NCBI GenBank assembly: GCA_964016885.1
Contig: OZ024741.1
Coordinates: 194,990,001 to 195,054,000 of the forward strand
Source: Eledone cirrhosa
Taxonomy: Eukaryota
DNA: 64,000 nt
Direction: 5' to 3'
Part shown: one piece after another, positions 45,301-59,899 of the stretch
How the letters are laid out: every line of letters begins with the position of its first letter
How positions within the stretch are numbered: the first letter of the stretch is position 1
Notes under the pieces: model-generated
What the model was told of the DNA's origin: nothing
Databases searched by the model: none
What the model saw: only the letters and a program-made list of their open reading frames with translations
Translations under genes and position numbers: made by a program

Positions 45301-48300
45301 GACTATGTTATATATTGTATGCTGCCTATGTTATATAATGTATGTAGTCTATGTTATATTTGGTATGAGGCCTATGATATATATGGTTTGTGACCTATGT
45401 TTATATATTGTATTCTGCCTATGTTATATATTGTATGTGGCCTATGTTATCTACTGTATATGTCCTATGTTATATATTGTATGCTGCCTAGGTTATATAA
45501 TGTATGCTGCCTATGTCATATATTGTATGGGGACTATGTTATATATTGTATGCTGCCTATGTTATATATTGTATGGGGCCTATGTTATATATTGTATGCT
45601 GCCTATGTTATATATTGTATGCTGCCTATGTTATATATTGTATGTGGCCTATGTTATATATTGTATGCCTACTATGTTATATATTGTATGCCTACTATGT
45701 TATATAGTGTATGTGGCCTACGTTATATATTGTATGCTGCCTATGTTATATATTGTATGCTACCTATGTTATATATTGTATGCAACCTATGCTATATATT
45801 GTATGATGCCTATGTTATATATTGTATGTGGGCTATGTTATATATTGTATGCTGCCTAAGTTATATATTGTATGTGGCCTATGTTATATATTGTATGCTG
45901 CCTATGTTATATATTGTATGCTGCCTATGTTATATATTGTATGTGGCGCCTATGTTATATATTGTATGCTACCTATGTTATATATTATGTGTGGCCTACG
46001 TTATATATTGTATGCTGCCTATTATATATACTTTATGTGGCTTAAGCTATATGTTGCTGCGGCCTATATTATATATTCTATGCTGCCTATGTTATATATT
46101 GTATGGTACCTATGTTATATATTGTATGCTGGCTATGTTATATATTGTCTGTGGCCTATGTTATATATTTTATGCGGCCTATGTTATACATGGTATGCTG
46201 CCTATGTTATATATTGTATGTAGCCTATGTTATATATTGTATGCTGCCTATGTTATATATATACTGTATGCTGTCTTTGTTATATATTGTGTCTGGCCAA
46301 TGTTATTTATTGTATACTTCCTATGTTATATATTGTATCCTGCCAATGTTATATATTGTATGTGGCCTATGTTATAGATTGTATGTGGCCCTATGTTATA
46401 TATTGTATGCTGCCTCTGTTATATATTGTATGTGGTCTATGACATATTGTATGCTGCCTATGTTATATATTGTATGTGCCCTATGTTATATATTTATGCT
46501 GGCTATGTTATATATTGTCTATGGCCTATGTTATATATTGTATGCGGCCTACGTTATACATGGTATGCTGCCTATGTTATATATTGTATGTTGCCTATGT
46601 TATATATTGTATGCTGCCTATGTTATATATATACTGTATGCTGTCTTTGTTATATATTGTATGCTGCCTATGTTATATATTGTGTGTGGCCTATTTTAGA
46701 TATTGTATGCGGCCTACGTTATACATGGTATGCTGCCTATGTTATATATTGTATGTAGCCTATGATATATATTGTATGCTGCCTATGTTATATATTGTAT
46801 GTGGCATATGTTATATATTGTATACTGCCTATGTTATATATTTTATGCGGCCTATGTTATATATTGTATACTGCCTATGTTATATATTGTATGCTACCTA
46901 TGTTATATATTGTATGCTACCTATGCTATATATTGTATGATGCCTATGTTATATATTGTATGTGGCCTATGTTATATATTGTATGCTGTCTAAGTTATAT
47001 ATTGTATGTGGCCTATGTTATATATTGTATGCTGCCTATGTTATATATTGTATGCTGCCTATGTTATATATTGTATGTGTTATATGTTATATATTGTATA
47101 CTGCTTATGTTATATATTTTATGCGGTCTATGTTATATATTGTATACTGCCTATGTTATATATTTTATGCGGCCTATGTTATATATTGTATGTGGCCTAT
47201 GTTATATAGTGCATGCGGCATAAGTTATGTATTGTATGCTGCCTATGTTATATATTGTATGCGGCCTACGTTATACATGGTATGCTGCCTATGTTATATA
47301 TTGTATGTAGCCTATGTTATATATTGTATGCTGCCTATGTTATATATTGTATGTGGCATATGTTATATATTGTATACTGCCTATGTTATATATTTTATGC
47401 GGCCTATGTTATATATTGTATGTGGCCTATGTTATATAGTGCATGCGGCATAAGTTATATATTGTATGTAGTCTATGTTATATATTGTGTGGGGCCTATG
47501 TTATATATTGTATGATGCCTATGTTATATTTGGTATGAGGCTTATGTTATATATTCTATGCTGCTTATGTTATATATTGTATGTGGCCTATGTTTTCTAT
47601 TGTATATGGCCTATTTATATATTGTATGCTGCCTATGTTATATAATGTATGTGGTCTATGTTATATATTGTGTGTGGCCTGCGTTATATATTGTATGCGG
47701 CCTATGTTATACATTGTATGCTTCCTAAGTTTTATATGTTATGTGGCCTATGTTATATGTTGTATGCTACATATGTTATATATTGTATGCTGCCTATGTT
47801 ATATATTGTATTTGGGCTATGTAATATATTGTACGTGGCCTATGTTATATATTGTATACTGCCTATGTTATATATTATGTGTGGCCTATGTTATATATTA
47901 TATACGGCCTATGTTATACATTGTATGCGGCCTATGTGATATATTGTAATTCTGCCTGTTATATATTTTAAGTGGCCTATGTTATATATTGTATGCTGCC
48001 TATGTTATCTATTGTATGCTACCTATTTTATATATTGCATGCGGCCTATGTTATATATTGTATGTGGCCTATGTTATATACTGTATGCGGCATATGTTAT
48101 ATATTGTATGTAGCCTATGATATATATGGTTTGTGACCTATGTTATATATTGTATTCTGCTTATGTTATATATTGTATACTGCCTATGTTATATATAGTA
48201 GGTGGCCTATGTTATATATTGTATGCTGCATATCTTATATATTGTATATCTTATATATTGTATGTGGCCTAAGTTATATATTGTATACTGCCTATATTAT

Positions 48301-51200
48301 ATATTTTATGTGGCCTATGTTATAGATTGTATGCTGCCTATGTTATATATTGTATGCTGCCTATGTTATATATTGTATGTGTTATATGTTATATATTGTA
48401 TACTGCTTATGTTATAAATTTTATGCGGTCTATGTTATATATTGTATACTGCCTATGTTATATATTTTATGCGGCCTATGTTATATATTGTATGTGGCCT
48501 ATGTTATATAGTGCATGCGGCATAAGTTATATATTGTATGCTGCCTATGTTATATATTGTATGCGGCCTACGTTATACATGGTATGCTGCCTATGTTATA
48601 TATTGTATGTAGCCTATGTTATATATTGTATGCTGCCTATGTTATATATTGTATGTGGCGACTACGTTAAATATTGTATGCTGCCTATGTTATATATTAT
48701 GTGTGGCCTATGTTATATATTGTATGTGGCCTATTTTATACATTGTCTGCTGTCTTTGTTATATATTGTATGTAGCCTATGTTATATATTGGAATTCTGC
48801 TTGTTATATATTGTATGTGGCCGAATATATATCGTATGCTGCCTATGTTATATATTTTAAGTGGCCTATGGTATATATTGTATGTGGCCTATGTTATATA
48901 TTGTATGCTGCCTATGTTATATGTTGTATGTGGCCTATGTTATATATTGTATGGGGCCTATGTTATATATTGTATGCTGCCTATGTTATATATTGTATGT
49001 GGCCTAGGTTATATATTGTATGCCTACTATGTTATATATTGTATGTTGCCTATGTTATATATTGTATGTGGCCTATGTTATATATAGTATGCTGCCTATG
49101 TTATATATTGTATGTGGCCTATGTTATATATTGTATGTGGCCCTATGTTATATATTGTATGCTGCCTATGTTATATATTGTATGTGACCTATGTTATATA
49201 TTGTATACTGCCGATGTAATATAGTGCATGTGGCCTATGTTATATATTATATGCTACCTACGTTATATATTGTATGCTGCTTATGTTATATATTGAATGC
49301 TGCCTATTATATATATTTTATGTGGCTTATGCTATATGTTGCTGCGGCCTATATTATATATTGTATGCTGCCTATGTTATATATTATATGGTACCTATGT
49401 TATATATTGTATGTGATCTATGACATATTGTATGCTGCCTATGTTATATATTGTATGTGCCCTATGTTATATATTGTATGCTGGCTATGTTATATATTGT
49501 CTGTGGCCTATGTTATATATTGTATGCGGCCTATGATATACATGGTATGCTGCTTATGTTATATATTGTATGTAGCCTATGTTATATATAGTATGCTGCC
49601 TATGTTATATATTGTATGTAGCCTATGTTATATATTGTATGCTGCCTATGTTATATATATACTGTATGCTGTCTTTGTTATATATTGTATCTGGCCAATG
49701 TTATTTATTGTATACTTCCTATGTTATATATTGTATCCTGCCAATGTTATATATTGTATGTGGCCTACCTTATATATTGTATGCTGCCTATGTTATATAT
49801 TGTGTGTGGCCTATGTTATACATTGTATGCGGCATACGTTATACATGGTATGCTGCCTATGTTATATATTGTCTGTAGCCTATGATATATATTGTATGCT
49901 GCCTATGTTATATATTGTATGTGGCATATGTTATATATTGTATACTGCCTATGTTATATATTTTATGCGGTCTATGTTATATATTGTATACTGCCTATGT
50001 TATATATTTTATGCGGCCTATGTTATATATTGTATGTGGCCTATGTTATATAGTGCATGCGGCATAAGTTATATATTGTATGCTGCCTATGTTATATATT
50101 GTATGTGGCCTACGTTATACATGGTATGCTGCCTATGTTATATATTGTATGTAGCCTATGTTATATATTGTATGCTGCCTATGTTATATATTGTATGTGG
50201 CATATGTTATATATTGTATACTGCCTATGTTATATATTTTATGCGGCCTATGTTATATATTGTATACTGCCTATGTTATATATTTTATGCGGCCTATGTT
50301 ATATATTGTATGTGGCCTATGTTATATAGTGCATGCGGCATAAGTTATATATTGTATGTAGTCTATGTTATATATTGTGTGGGCCCTATGTTATATATTG
50401 TATGATGCCTATGTTATATTTGGTAAGAGGCCTATAATATATATGGTTTGTGACCTATGTTTATATATTGTATTCTGCCTATATTATATATTGTATGATG
50501 CCTATGTTATATACTGTATGCGACCTATGTTATATATTCTATGCTGCTTATGTTATATATTGTATGTGGCCTATGTCTTCTATTGTATATGGCCTATTTA
50601 TATATTGTATGCCGCCTATGTTATATAATGTATGTGGTCTATGTTATATATTGTGCGTGGCCTGCGTTATATATTGTATGAGGCCTATGTCATACATTGT
50701 ATGCTTCCTAAGTTTTATATGTTATGTGGCCTATGTTATATATTGTATGCTACCTATGTTATATACTGTATGCTACATATGTTATATATTGTATGCTGCC
50801 TATGTTATATATTGTATGTGGGCTATGTAATATATTGTACGTGGCCTATGTTATATATTGTATACTGCCTGTTATATATTATGTGTGGCCTATGTTATAT
50901 ATTATATGCGGCCTATGTTATACATTGTATGCGGCCTATGTGATATATTGTAATTCTGCCTGTTATATATTTTAAGTGGCCTATGTTATATATTGTATGC
51001 TGCCTATGTTATATATTGTATGCTACCTATTTTATATATTGTATGCGGCCTATGTTATATATTGTATGTGGCCTATGTTATATACTGTATGCGGCATATG
51101 TTATATATTGTATGTAGCCTATGATATATATGGTTTGTGACCTATGTTATATATTGTATTCTGCCTATGTTATATATTGTATGCTGCATATCTTATATAT
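45300..51200 (+). repeat. Diverged layer 2 with an imperfect ~3.0-3.3 kb duplication
   Basis: Local markers ACATGGTATGCTG and ATAGTGCATGCGGCATAAG. Paired markers: GTTGCTGCGGCC ~46053/49338, CTTCCTAAGTTTTATATGTT ~47721/50704, GTAATTCTGCCTGTT ~47946/50950. Confidence 0.75.
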
Positions 51201-54200
51201 TGTATATCTTATATATTGTATGTGGCCTAAGTTATATATTGTATACTGCCTATGTTATATATTGTATGTGGCCTATTTTATATATTGTGTGTGGCCTATG
51301 TTATATATTGTATGCGGCCTATGTTATACATTGTATGCTTCCTATGTTATATATTCTATGTGGCCTACGTTATATATTGTATGCTACCTATGTTATATAT
51401 TGTATGCTACCTATGTTATATATTGTATGCTGCCTATGTTATATATTGTATGGGGCCTATGTTATATATTGTATGAGGCCTATGTTATATATATTATGCT
51501 GCCTATGTTATATATTGTATGTGGCCTATGTTATATATTGTATGCTGCCTATGTTATATATAGTATGTGGCCTAATATATATCGTATGCTGCCTATGTTA
51601 TATATTTTAAGTGGCCTATGGTATATATTGTATGTGGCCTATGTTATATATTGTATGCTGCCTATGTTATATATTGAATGTGGCCTATGTTATATATTGT
51701 ATATTGCCTATGTTATATATTGTATGCTACCTATGTTATATCTTGTATGCTACCTACGTTATATATTGTATGTAGCCTATGATATATATTGTAGGCCTCC
51801 TAAGCTATACATTGTATGCTGCCTAGTTTTTATATTGTATGTGGGCTATGTTATATATTGTATGTGGCCTATGTTATAGTTTGTATGTGGTTTATGTTAT
51901 ATAGTGCATACGGCATATGTTATATATAGTATGTGGCCTATGTTATATATTGTATGCGGCCTATGTTATATATTGTTTGTGGCCTATTTTATATATTGTA
52001 TGTGGCCTATGTTATATATTGTATGCTGACTATATTATATATTGAATGTGACCTATGTTATATATCGTATGTAGCCTATATTATATATTGTATGCTACCT
52101 ATTTTATGTATTGTATGCTACCTAAGTTATATATTGTATGTGACCCATGCTATATATTGTCTGCTGACTATGTTATATATTGTAAGCTGCCTATGTTATA
52201 TATTGTATGCTGCCTATGTTACATATTGTATGTGGCCTATGTTATATATTTTATGCTACCTATGTTATATATTGTATGCTCCGTATGTTATATATTGTAT
52301 GTGGCCTATGTTATATATTGTATGTGGCCTATGTTATATATTGTATGCTGCCTACGCTATATATTGTATGCTGCCTATATTATATATTGTATGTGGCCTA
52401 TGTTATATACTCTATGTGGCCTGTGTTATATTTTGTATGTGGCCTATTTTATATATTGAATGCAGCAAATGTTATATATTGTATGTGGCCTATGTTATAT
52501 ATTGTATGCTGCCTATATTATATATTGTATGTGACCTATGTTACATGTTGTATGTGGCCTATGTTATATATTGTATGCTACGTATGTTATGTATTGTATG
52601 CTGCCTATGTTATATATTGTATGTGGCCTATGTGATACCTTGTTTGCTGCCTATGTAATACATTGTATGCTGCCTATGTTATATATTGTATGCTGCGTAT
52701 GTTATATATTGTTTGTGGCCTATTTAATATATTGTATGTGGCCTATGTAATATATTGTATGCTGCCTATGTTATATATTGTATATGGCCTATGAGCTATA
52801 TTGTCTGATGCCTATGTTATATATTTTATACTGCCTATGTTATATATTGTATGTTGCCTATGTTATATATTGTTTGCTGCCATATGTTATATATTGTATG
52901 CTGCCTATGTTATATATTGTATGTGGCCTATGTTATATATTGTATGCTGCCTATGCTATATATTGTATGCTGCCTATGTTATATATTGCATGTGGCCTAT
53001 GTTATATTTGGTGTGTGGCCCATGTTATATATTGTATGCGGCATATCTTTTATATTGTATGTGGCCTATGTTATATATATTATTCTGCCTATGTTATATA
53101 TTATATTCTACCTATGTTATATAATGTATGATGCCTATGTTATATATTGTATGTAGCCTATGTTATATATTGTAGGCCTCATATGCTATATATTGTATGC
53201 TGCCTATGTTTTATATTGTATGTGGGCTATGTTATACATTGTATGTGGCCTATGTTATAGTTTGTATGTGGCCTATGTTATATAGTGCATGCGGCATATG
53301 TTATATATTGTATGTAGCCTATGTTATATATTGTATGGGGCCTATGTTATATATTGTATGATGCCTATTTTATATTTTGTATGCGGCCTATGTTATATAT
53401 TGTATGTGGCCTATGTTATATGTTGTATGCTGCCTATGTAATATATTTATGCTGCGTATGTTATATATTGTGTGCTGCCTATGTTATATATTGTGTGCTG
53501 CCTATGTTATATATTGTATGTGGCCAATGTTATACATTGTTTGCTGCCTATGTTATATATTGTATGCTGCCTATGTTATATATTGTTTGTGGCCTATTTT
53601 ATATATTGTATGTGACCTATGTTATATATCGTATGTGGCCTATATTATATATTGTATGCTACCTATGTTATGTATTGTCTGCTGACTATGTTATATATTG
53701 TATGCTGCCTATGTTACATATTGTATGTGGCCTATGTTATATATTGTATGCTGCCTATGTTATATATTGTTTGTGGCCTATTTCATATATTGTATGTGGC
53801 CTATGTTATATATTGTATGCTGCCTATATTATATATTGTATGTGACCTATGTTATATATTGTATGTGGCCTATGTTATATATTGTATGCTACGTATGTTA
53901 TGTATTGTATACTGCCTATGTTATATATTGTATGTGGCCTATGTTATACATTGTTTGCTGCCTATGTAATATATTGTATGCTGCCTATGTTATATATTGT
54001 ATGCTGCCTATGTTTTATATTGTACGTGGCCTATGAGCTATATTGTCTGCTGCGTATGTTATATATTGTATACTGCCTATGTTATATATTGTATGTTGCC
54101 TATGTTATATATTGTATGTTGCCTATGTTATATATTGTTTGCTGACATATGTTATATATTGTATGCTGCCTATGTTATATATTGTATGTGGCCTATGTTA

Positions 54201-55454
54201 TATGTTGTATGCTGCCTATGCTCTATATTCTATGCTGCCTATGTTATATATTGCATGTGGCCTATGTTATATTTGGTGTGTGGCCTATGTTATATATTGT
54301 ATGTGGCCCATGTTATATATTGTATGCGGCATATCTTTTACATTGTATGTGGCCTATGTTATATATATTATTCTGCCTATGTTATATATTATATTCTACC
54401 TATGTTATATAATGTATGATGCTTATGTTATGTATTGTATGTGGCCTATGTTATATATTGTATGCGGCATATGTTATATATTGTATGCTGCCTATGTTAT
54501 ATATTGTATGTGGCATATGTTATATATTGTATGCTGCCTATGTTATATATTGTGTGTGGCCTATGTTATATATTGTAAGCTGCCTATATTAAATATTGTA
54601 TTTGGCCTATGTTATATATTGTATGCTGCCTATGTTATATATTGTATGTGGCATATGTTATATATTGTATGCTGCCTATGTTATATATTGTATGCTACCT
54701 ATATTATATATTGTATGCTGCCTATGTTATATATTGTATGCTACCTATGTTATATATTGTATGCTACCTATGTTATATATTGTATGCTGCCTATTGTAAA
54801 CATTGTATGCCGCATATGTTATATATTATATGCGACCTATGTTATATATTTTATGTGGCCTATGATATATATTGTATATGGCCTATGTTATATAGTGTAT
54901 GCGGCATATGTTATATATTGTACGCTGCCTATGTTTTATATTGTATGCTGCCTATGTTATATATTGTATGTAGACTATGTTATATATGGTATGCTGCCTA
55001 TGTTATATATTGTATATGGCCTATGTTATATATTGTATGCTGCCTACGCTACATATTGTATGCTACCTATGTTATATACTCTATGTGGCCTATGTTATAT
55101 ACTCTATGTGGCCTGTGTTATATTTTGTATGTGACCTATCTTATATAATGTATGTGGCCTAATTTATATACTGTATGCGGCATATGTTATATATTGTGTG
55201 TAGCCTATGTTATATATGGTTTGTAACCTATGTTATATATTGTATTCTGCCTATGTTATATATTGTATGCTGCCAATGTTATATATAGTATGTGGCCTAT
55301 GTTATATATTGTATGCTGCATATCTTATATATTGTATATCTTATATATTGTATGTGGCCTAAGTTATATATTGTATACTGCCTATGTTATATATTGTATG
55401 TGGCCTATTTTATATATTGTGTGTGGCCTATGTTATATATTGTATGCGGCCTAT

Positions 55455-58400
55455 ATTATACATCGTATGCTGCCTATGTTATATATTCTATGTGGCCTAT
55501 GTTATATATTGTATGCTACCTATGTTATATATTGTATGCTACCTATGTTATATATTGTATGCTGCCTATGTTATATGTTGTATGTGGCCTATGTTATATA
55601 TTGTATGAGGCCTATGTTATATATATTATGCTGCCTATGTTATATATTGTATGTGGCCTATGTTATATATTGTATGCTGCCTATGTTATATATTGTATGC
55701 TGCCTATGTTATATATAGTATGTGGCCTAATATATATCGTATCCTGCCTATGTTATATATTTTAAGTGGCATATGGTATATATTGTATGTGGCCTATGTT
55801 ATATATTGTATGCTGCCTATGTTATATATTGTATGTGGCCTATGTTATATATTGTATATTGCCTATGTTATATATTGTATGCAGCCTATGTTACATATTG
55901 TGTGCTGCCTATGTTATATATTGTATGTGGCATATTTTATATATTGTATGCTGCCTATATTATATATTGTATGCTACCTATGTTATATATTGTATGTAGC
56001 CTATGTTATATATTGTAGGCCTCCTTTGCTATAAATTGTATGCTGCCTATGTTTTATATTGTATGTGGGCTATGTTATATACTGTATGTGGCCTATGTTA
56101 TAGTTTGTATGTGGCCTATGTTATATAGTGCATGCCGCATATGTTATATATTGTATGTAGCCTATGTTATATATTGTATGGGGCCTATGTTATATATTGT
56201 ATGATGCCTATGTTATATTTTGTATGCGGCCTATGTTATATATTGTATGTGGCCTATGTTATATATTTTATGCTGCCTATGTAATATATTTATGCTGCGT
56301 ATGTTATATATTGTGTGCTGCCTATGTTATATATTGTGTGCTGCCTATGTTCTATATTGTATGTGGCCAATGTTATACATTGTTTGCTGCCTATGTAATA
56401 CATTGTATGCTGCCTATGTTATATATTGTATGCTGCCTATGTTATATATTGTTTGTGGCCTATTTTATATATTGTATGTGGCCTATGTTATATATTGTAT
56501 GCTGACTATATTATATATTGTATGTGACCTATGTTATATATCGTATGTGGCCTATATTATATATTGTATGCTACCTAAGTTATGTATTGTATGCTGCCTA
56601 AGTTATATATTGTATGTGGCCCATGCTATATATTGTCTGCTGACTATGTTATATATTGTAAGCTGCCTATGTTATATATTGTATGCTGCCTATGTTACAT
56701 ATTGTTTTATGGCTTATGTTATATATTGTATGCTACCTATGTTATATATTGTATGCTACCTATGTTATATATTGTATGCTCCCTATGTTATATATTGTAT
56801 GTGGCCTATGTTATATATTGTATGTGGCCTATGTTATATATTGTATGCTGCCTTCGCTATATATTGTATGCTGCCTAAATTATATATTGTAAGTGGCCTA
56901 TGTTATATACTCTATGTGGGCTGTGTTATATTTTGTATGTGGCCTATGTTATATATTGAATGCGGCATATGTTATATATCGTATGTCGCCTACGTTATAT
57001 ATTGTATGTGGCCCACGTTATATATTGTATGTCGGCTATGCTATATATTGTATGCTGCCTATGTTATACATTGTATGCTGCCTATGTTATATATTCTATG
57101 TGGCCTATGTTATATATTGTATGCTACCTATGTTATATATTGTATGCTACCTATGTTATATATTGTATGCTGCCTATGTTATATGTTGTATGTGGCCTAT
57201 GTTATATATTGTATGAGGCCTATGTTATATATATTATGCTGCCTATGTTATATATTGTATGTGGCCTATGTTATATATTGTATGCTGCCTATGTTATATA
57301 TTGTATGCTGCCTATGTTATATATAGTATGTGGCCTAATATATATCGTATCCTGCCTATGTTATATATTTTAAGTGGCCTATGGTATATATTGTATGTGG
57401 CCTATGTTATATATTGTATGCTGCCTATGTTATATATTGTATGTGGCCTATGTTATATATTGTATATTGCCTATGTTATATATTGTATGCAGCCTATGTT
57501 ACATATTGTGTGCTGCCTATGTTATATATTGTATGTGGCATATTTTATATATTGTATGCTGCCTATATTATATATTGTATGCTACCTATGTTATATATTG
57601 TATGTAGCCTATGTTATATATTGTAGGCCTCCTATGCTATATATTGTATGCTGCCTATGTTTTATATTGTATGTGGGCTATGTTATATACTGTATGTGAC
57701 CTATGTTATAGTTTTTATGTGGCCTATGTTATATAGTGCATGCCGCATATGTTATATATTGTATGTAGCCTATGTTATATATTGTATGGGGCCTATGTTA
57801 TATATTGTATGATGCCTATGTTATATTTTGTATGTGGCCTATGTTATATATTGTATGTGGCCTATGTTATATATTTTATGCTGCCTATGTAATATATTTA
57901 TGCTGTGTATGTTATATATTGTGTGTTGCCTATGTTATATATTGTGTGCTGCCTATGTTCTATATTGTATGTGGCCAATGTTATACATTGTTTGCTGCCT
58001 ATGTAATACATTGTATGCTGCCTATGTCATATATTGTATGCTGCCTATGTTATATATTGTTTGTGGCCTATTTTATATATTGTATGTGGCCTATGTTATA
58101 TATTGTATGCTGACTATATTATATATTGTATGTGACCTATGTTATATATCGTATGTGGCCTATATTATATATTGTATGCTACCTATGTTATGTATTGTAT
58201 GCTGCCTAAGTTATATATTGTATGTGGCCCATGCTATATATTGTCTGCTGACTATGTTATATATTGTAAGCTGCCTATGTTATATATTGTATGCTGCCTA
58301 TGTTACATATTGTTTTATGGCTTATGTTATATATTGTATGCTACCTATGTTATATATTGTATGCTACCTATGTTATATATTGTATGCTCCCTATGTTATA

Positions 58401-58640
58401 TATTGTATGTGGCCTATGTTATATATTGTATGTGGCCTATGTTATATATTGTATGCTGCCTTCGCTATATATTGTATGCTGCCTAAATTATATATTGTAA
58501 GTGGCCTATGTCATATACTCTATGTGGGCTGTGTTATATTTTGTATGTGGCCTATGTTATATATTGAATGCGGCATATGTTATATATCGTATGTCGCCTA
58601 CGTCATATATTGTATGTGGCCCACGTTATATATTGTATGC
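55455..58640 (+). repeat. 1608-bp tandem duplication (70 monomers minus 2 bp)
   Basis: ORF starts 55651/57259, 55766/57374, 56164/57772, 56220/57828, 56683/58291 and 56893/58501, with near-identical translations. Confidence 0.9.
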
Positions 58641-59899
58641 TGCCTATGTTATATATTGTTTGTGGCCTATTTCATATATTGTATGTGGCCTATGTTATAT
58701 ATTGTATGCTGCCTATATTATATATTGAATGTGACCTATGATATATATTGTATGTGGCCTATGTTATGTATTGTATGCTACGTATGTTATGTATTGTATG
58801 CTGCCTATTTTATATATTGTATGTGGCCTATGTTATACATTGTTAGCTGCCTATGTAATACATTGTATGCTGCCTATGTTATATATTGTATGCTGCCTAT
58901 GTTATATATTGTTTGTGGCCTATTTTATATATTGTATGTGGCCTATGTTATATATTGTATACTGCCTATGTTATATATTGTATGTTGCCTATGTTATATA
59001 TTGTTTGCTGCCTATGTTATATATTGTATGCTGCCTAAGTTATATATTGTATGTGGCCTATGTTATATATTGTATGCTGCCTATGCTATATATTGTATGC
59101 TGCCTATGTTATATATTGCATGTGGCCTATGTTATATTTTGTGTGTGGCCTATGTTATATATTGTATGTGGCCCATGTTATATATTGTATGCGGCATATG
59201 CTATATATTGTATGCTGCCTATGTTATATACTGTGTGTGGCTTATGTTATATATTGTAAGCTGCCTATATTAAATATTGTATTTGGTCTATGTTATATAT
59301 TCTATGTAGACTATGTTATATATTGTATGCTGCCTACGCTATATATTGTATGCTGCCTATGTTATATACTCTATGTGGCCTGTGTTATATTTTGTATGTG
59401 GCCTATGTTATATATTGTATGCGGCATATGTTATATATTTTATGTGGCCTATGATATATATTGTATATGGCCTATGTTATATATTGTATGCAGCATATGT
59501 TATATATTGTACGCTGCCTATGTTATATAGTGTATGCGTCATATGTTATATATTGCATGTGGCCTATGTTATATATTGTATGCGGCACATGTTATATATT
59601 GAATGTGGCCTATGTTATATATTGTATGTCGGCTATGCTATATATTGTATGCTGGCTATATTATATTTTGTATGCGGCCTATGTTATATATCGTGTGCTG
59701 CCTATGTTATATATTGTATGTGGCCTAAGATCTATATTGTATGTGGCCAATGTTATACATTGTATGTGGCATATGTTATATATTGTATGCTGCCTATGTT
59801 ATATATTGTATGTGGCCTATGATATATGTTGTATGTGGCCTTTGTTATATACTGTATGCTTCACATGTTATATATTGTATGCTGCCTATGTTATATAGT

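Noticed and set aside
33451-48797. EcoRI sites as cloning or linker artefacts
   Set aside because: They sit in register within a recurring monomer variant with shared flanking variants, so they were propagated by duplication.
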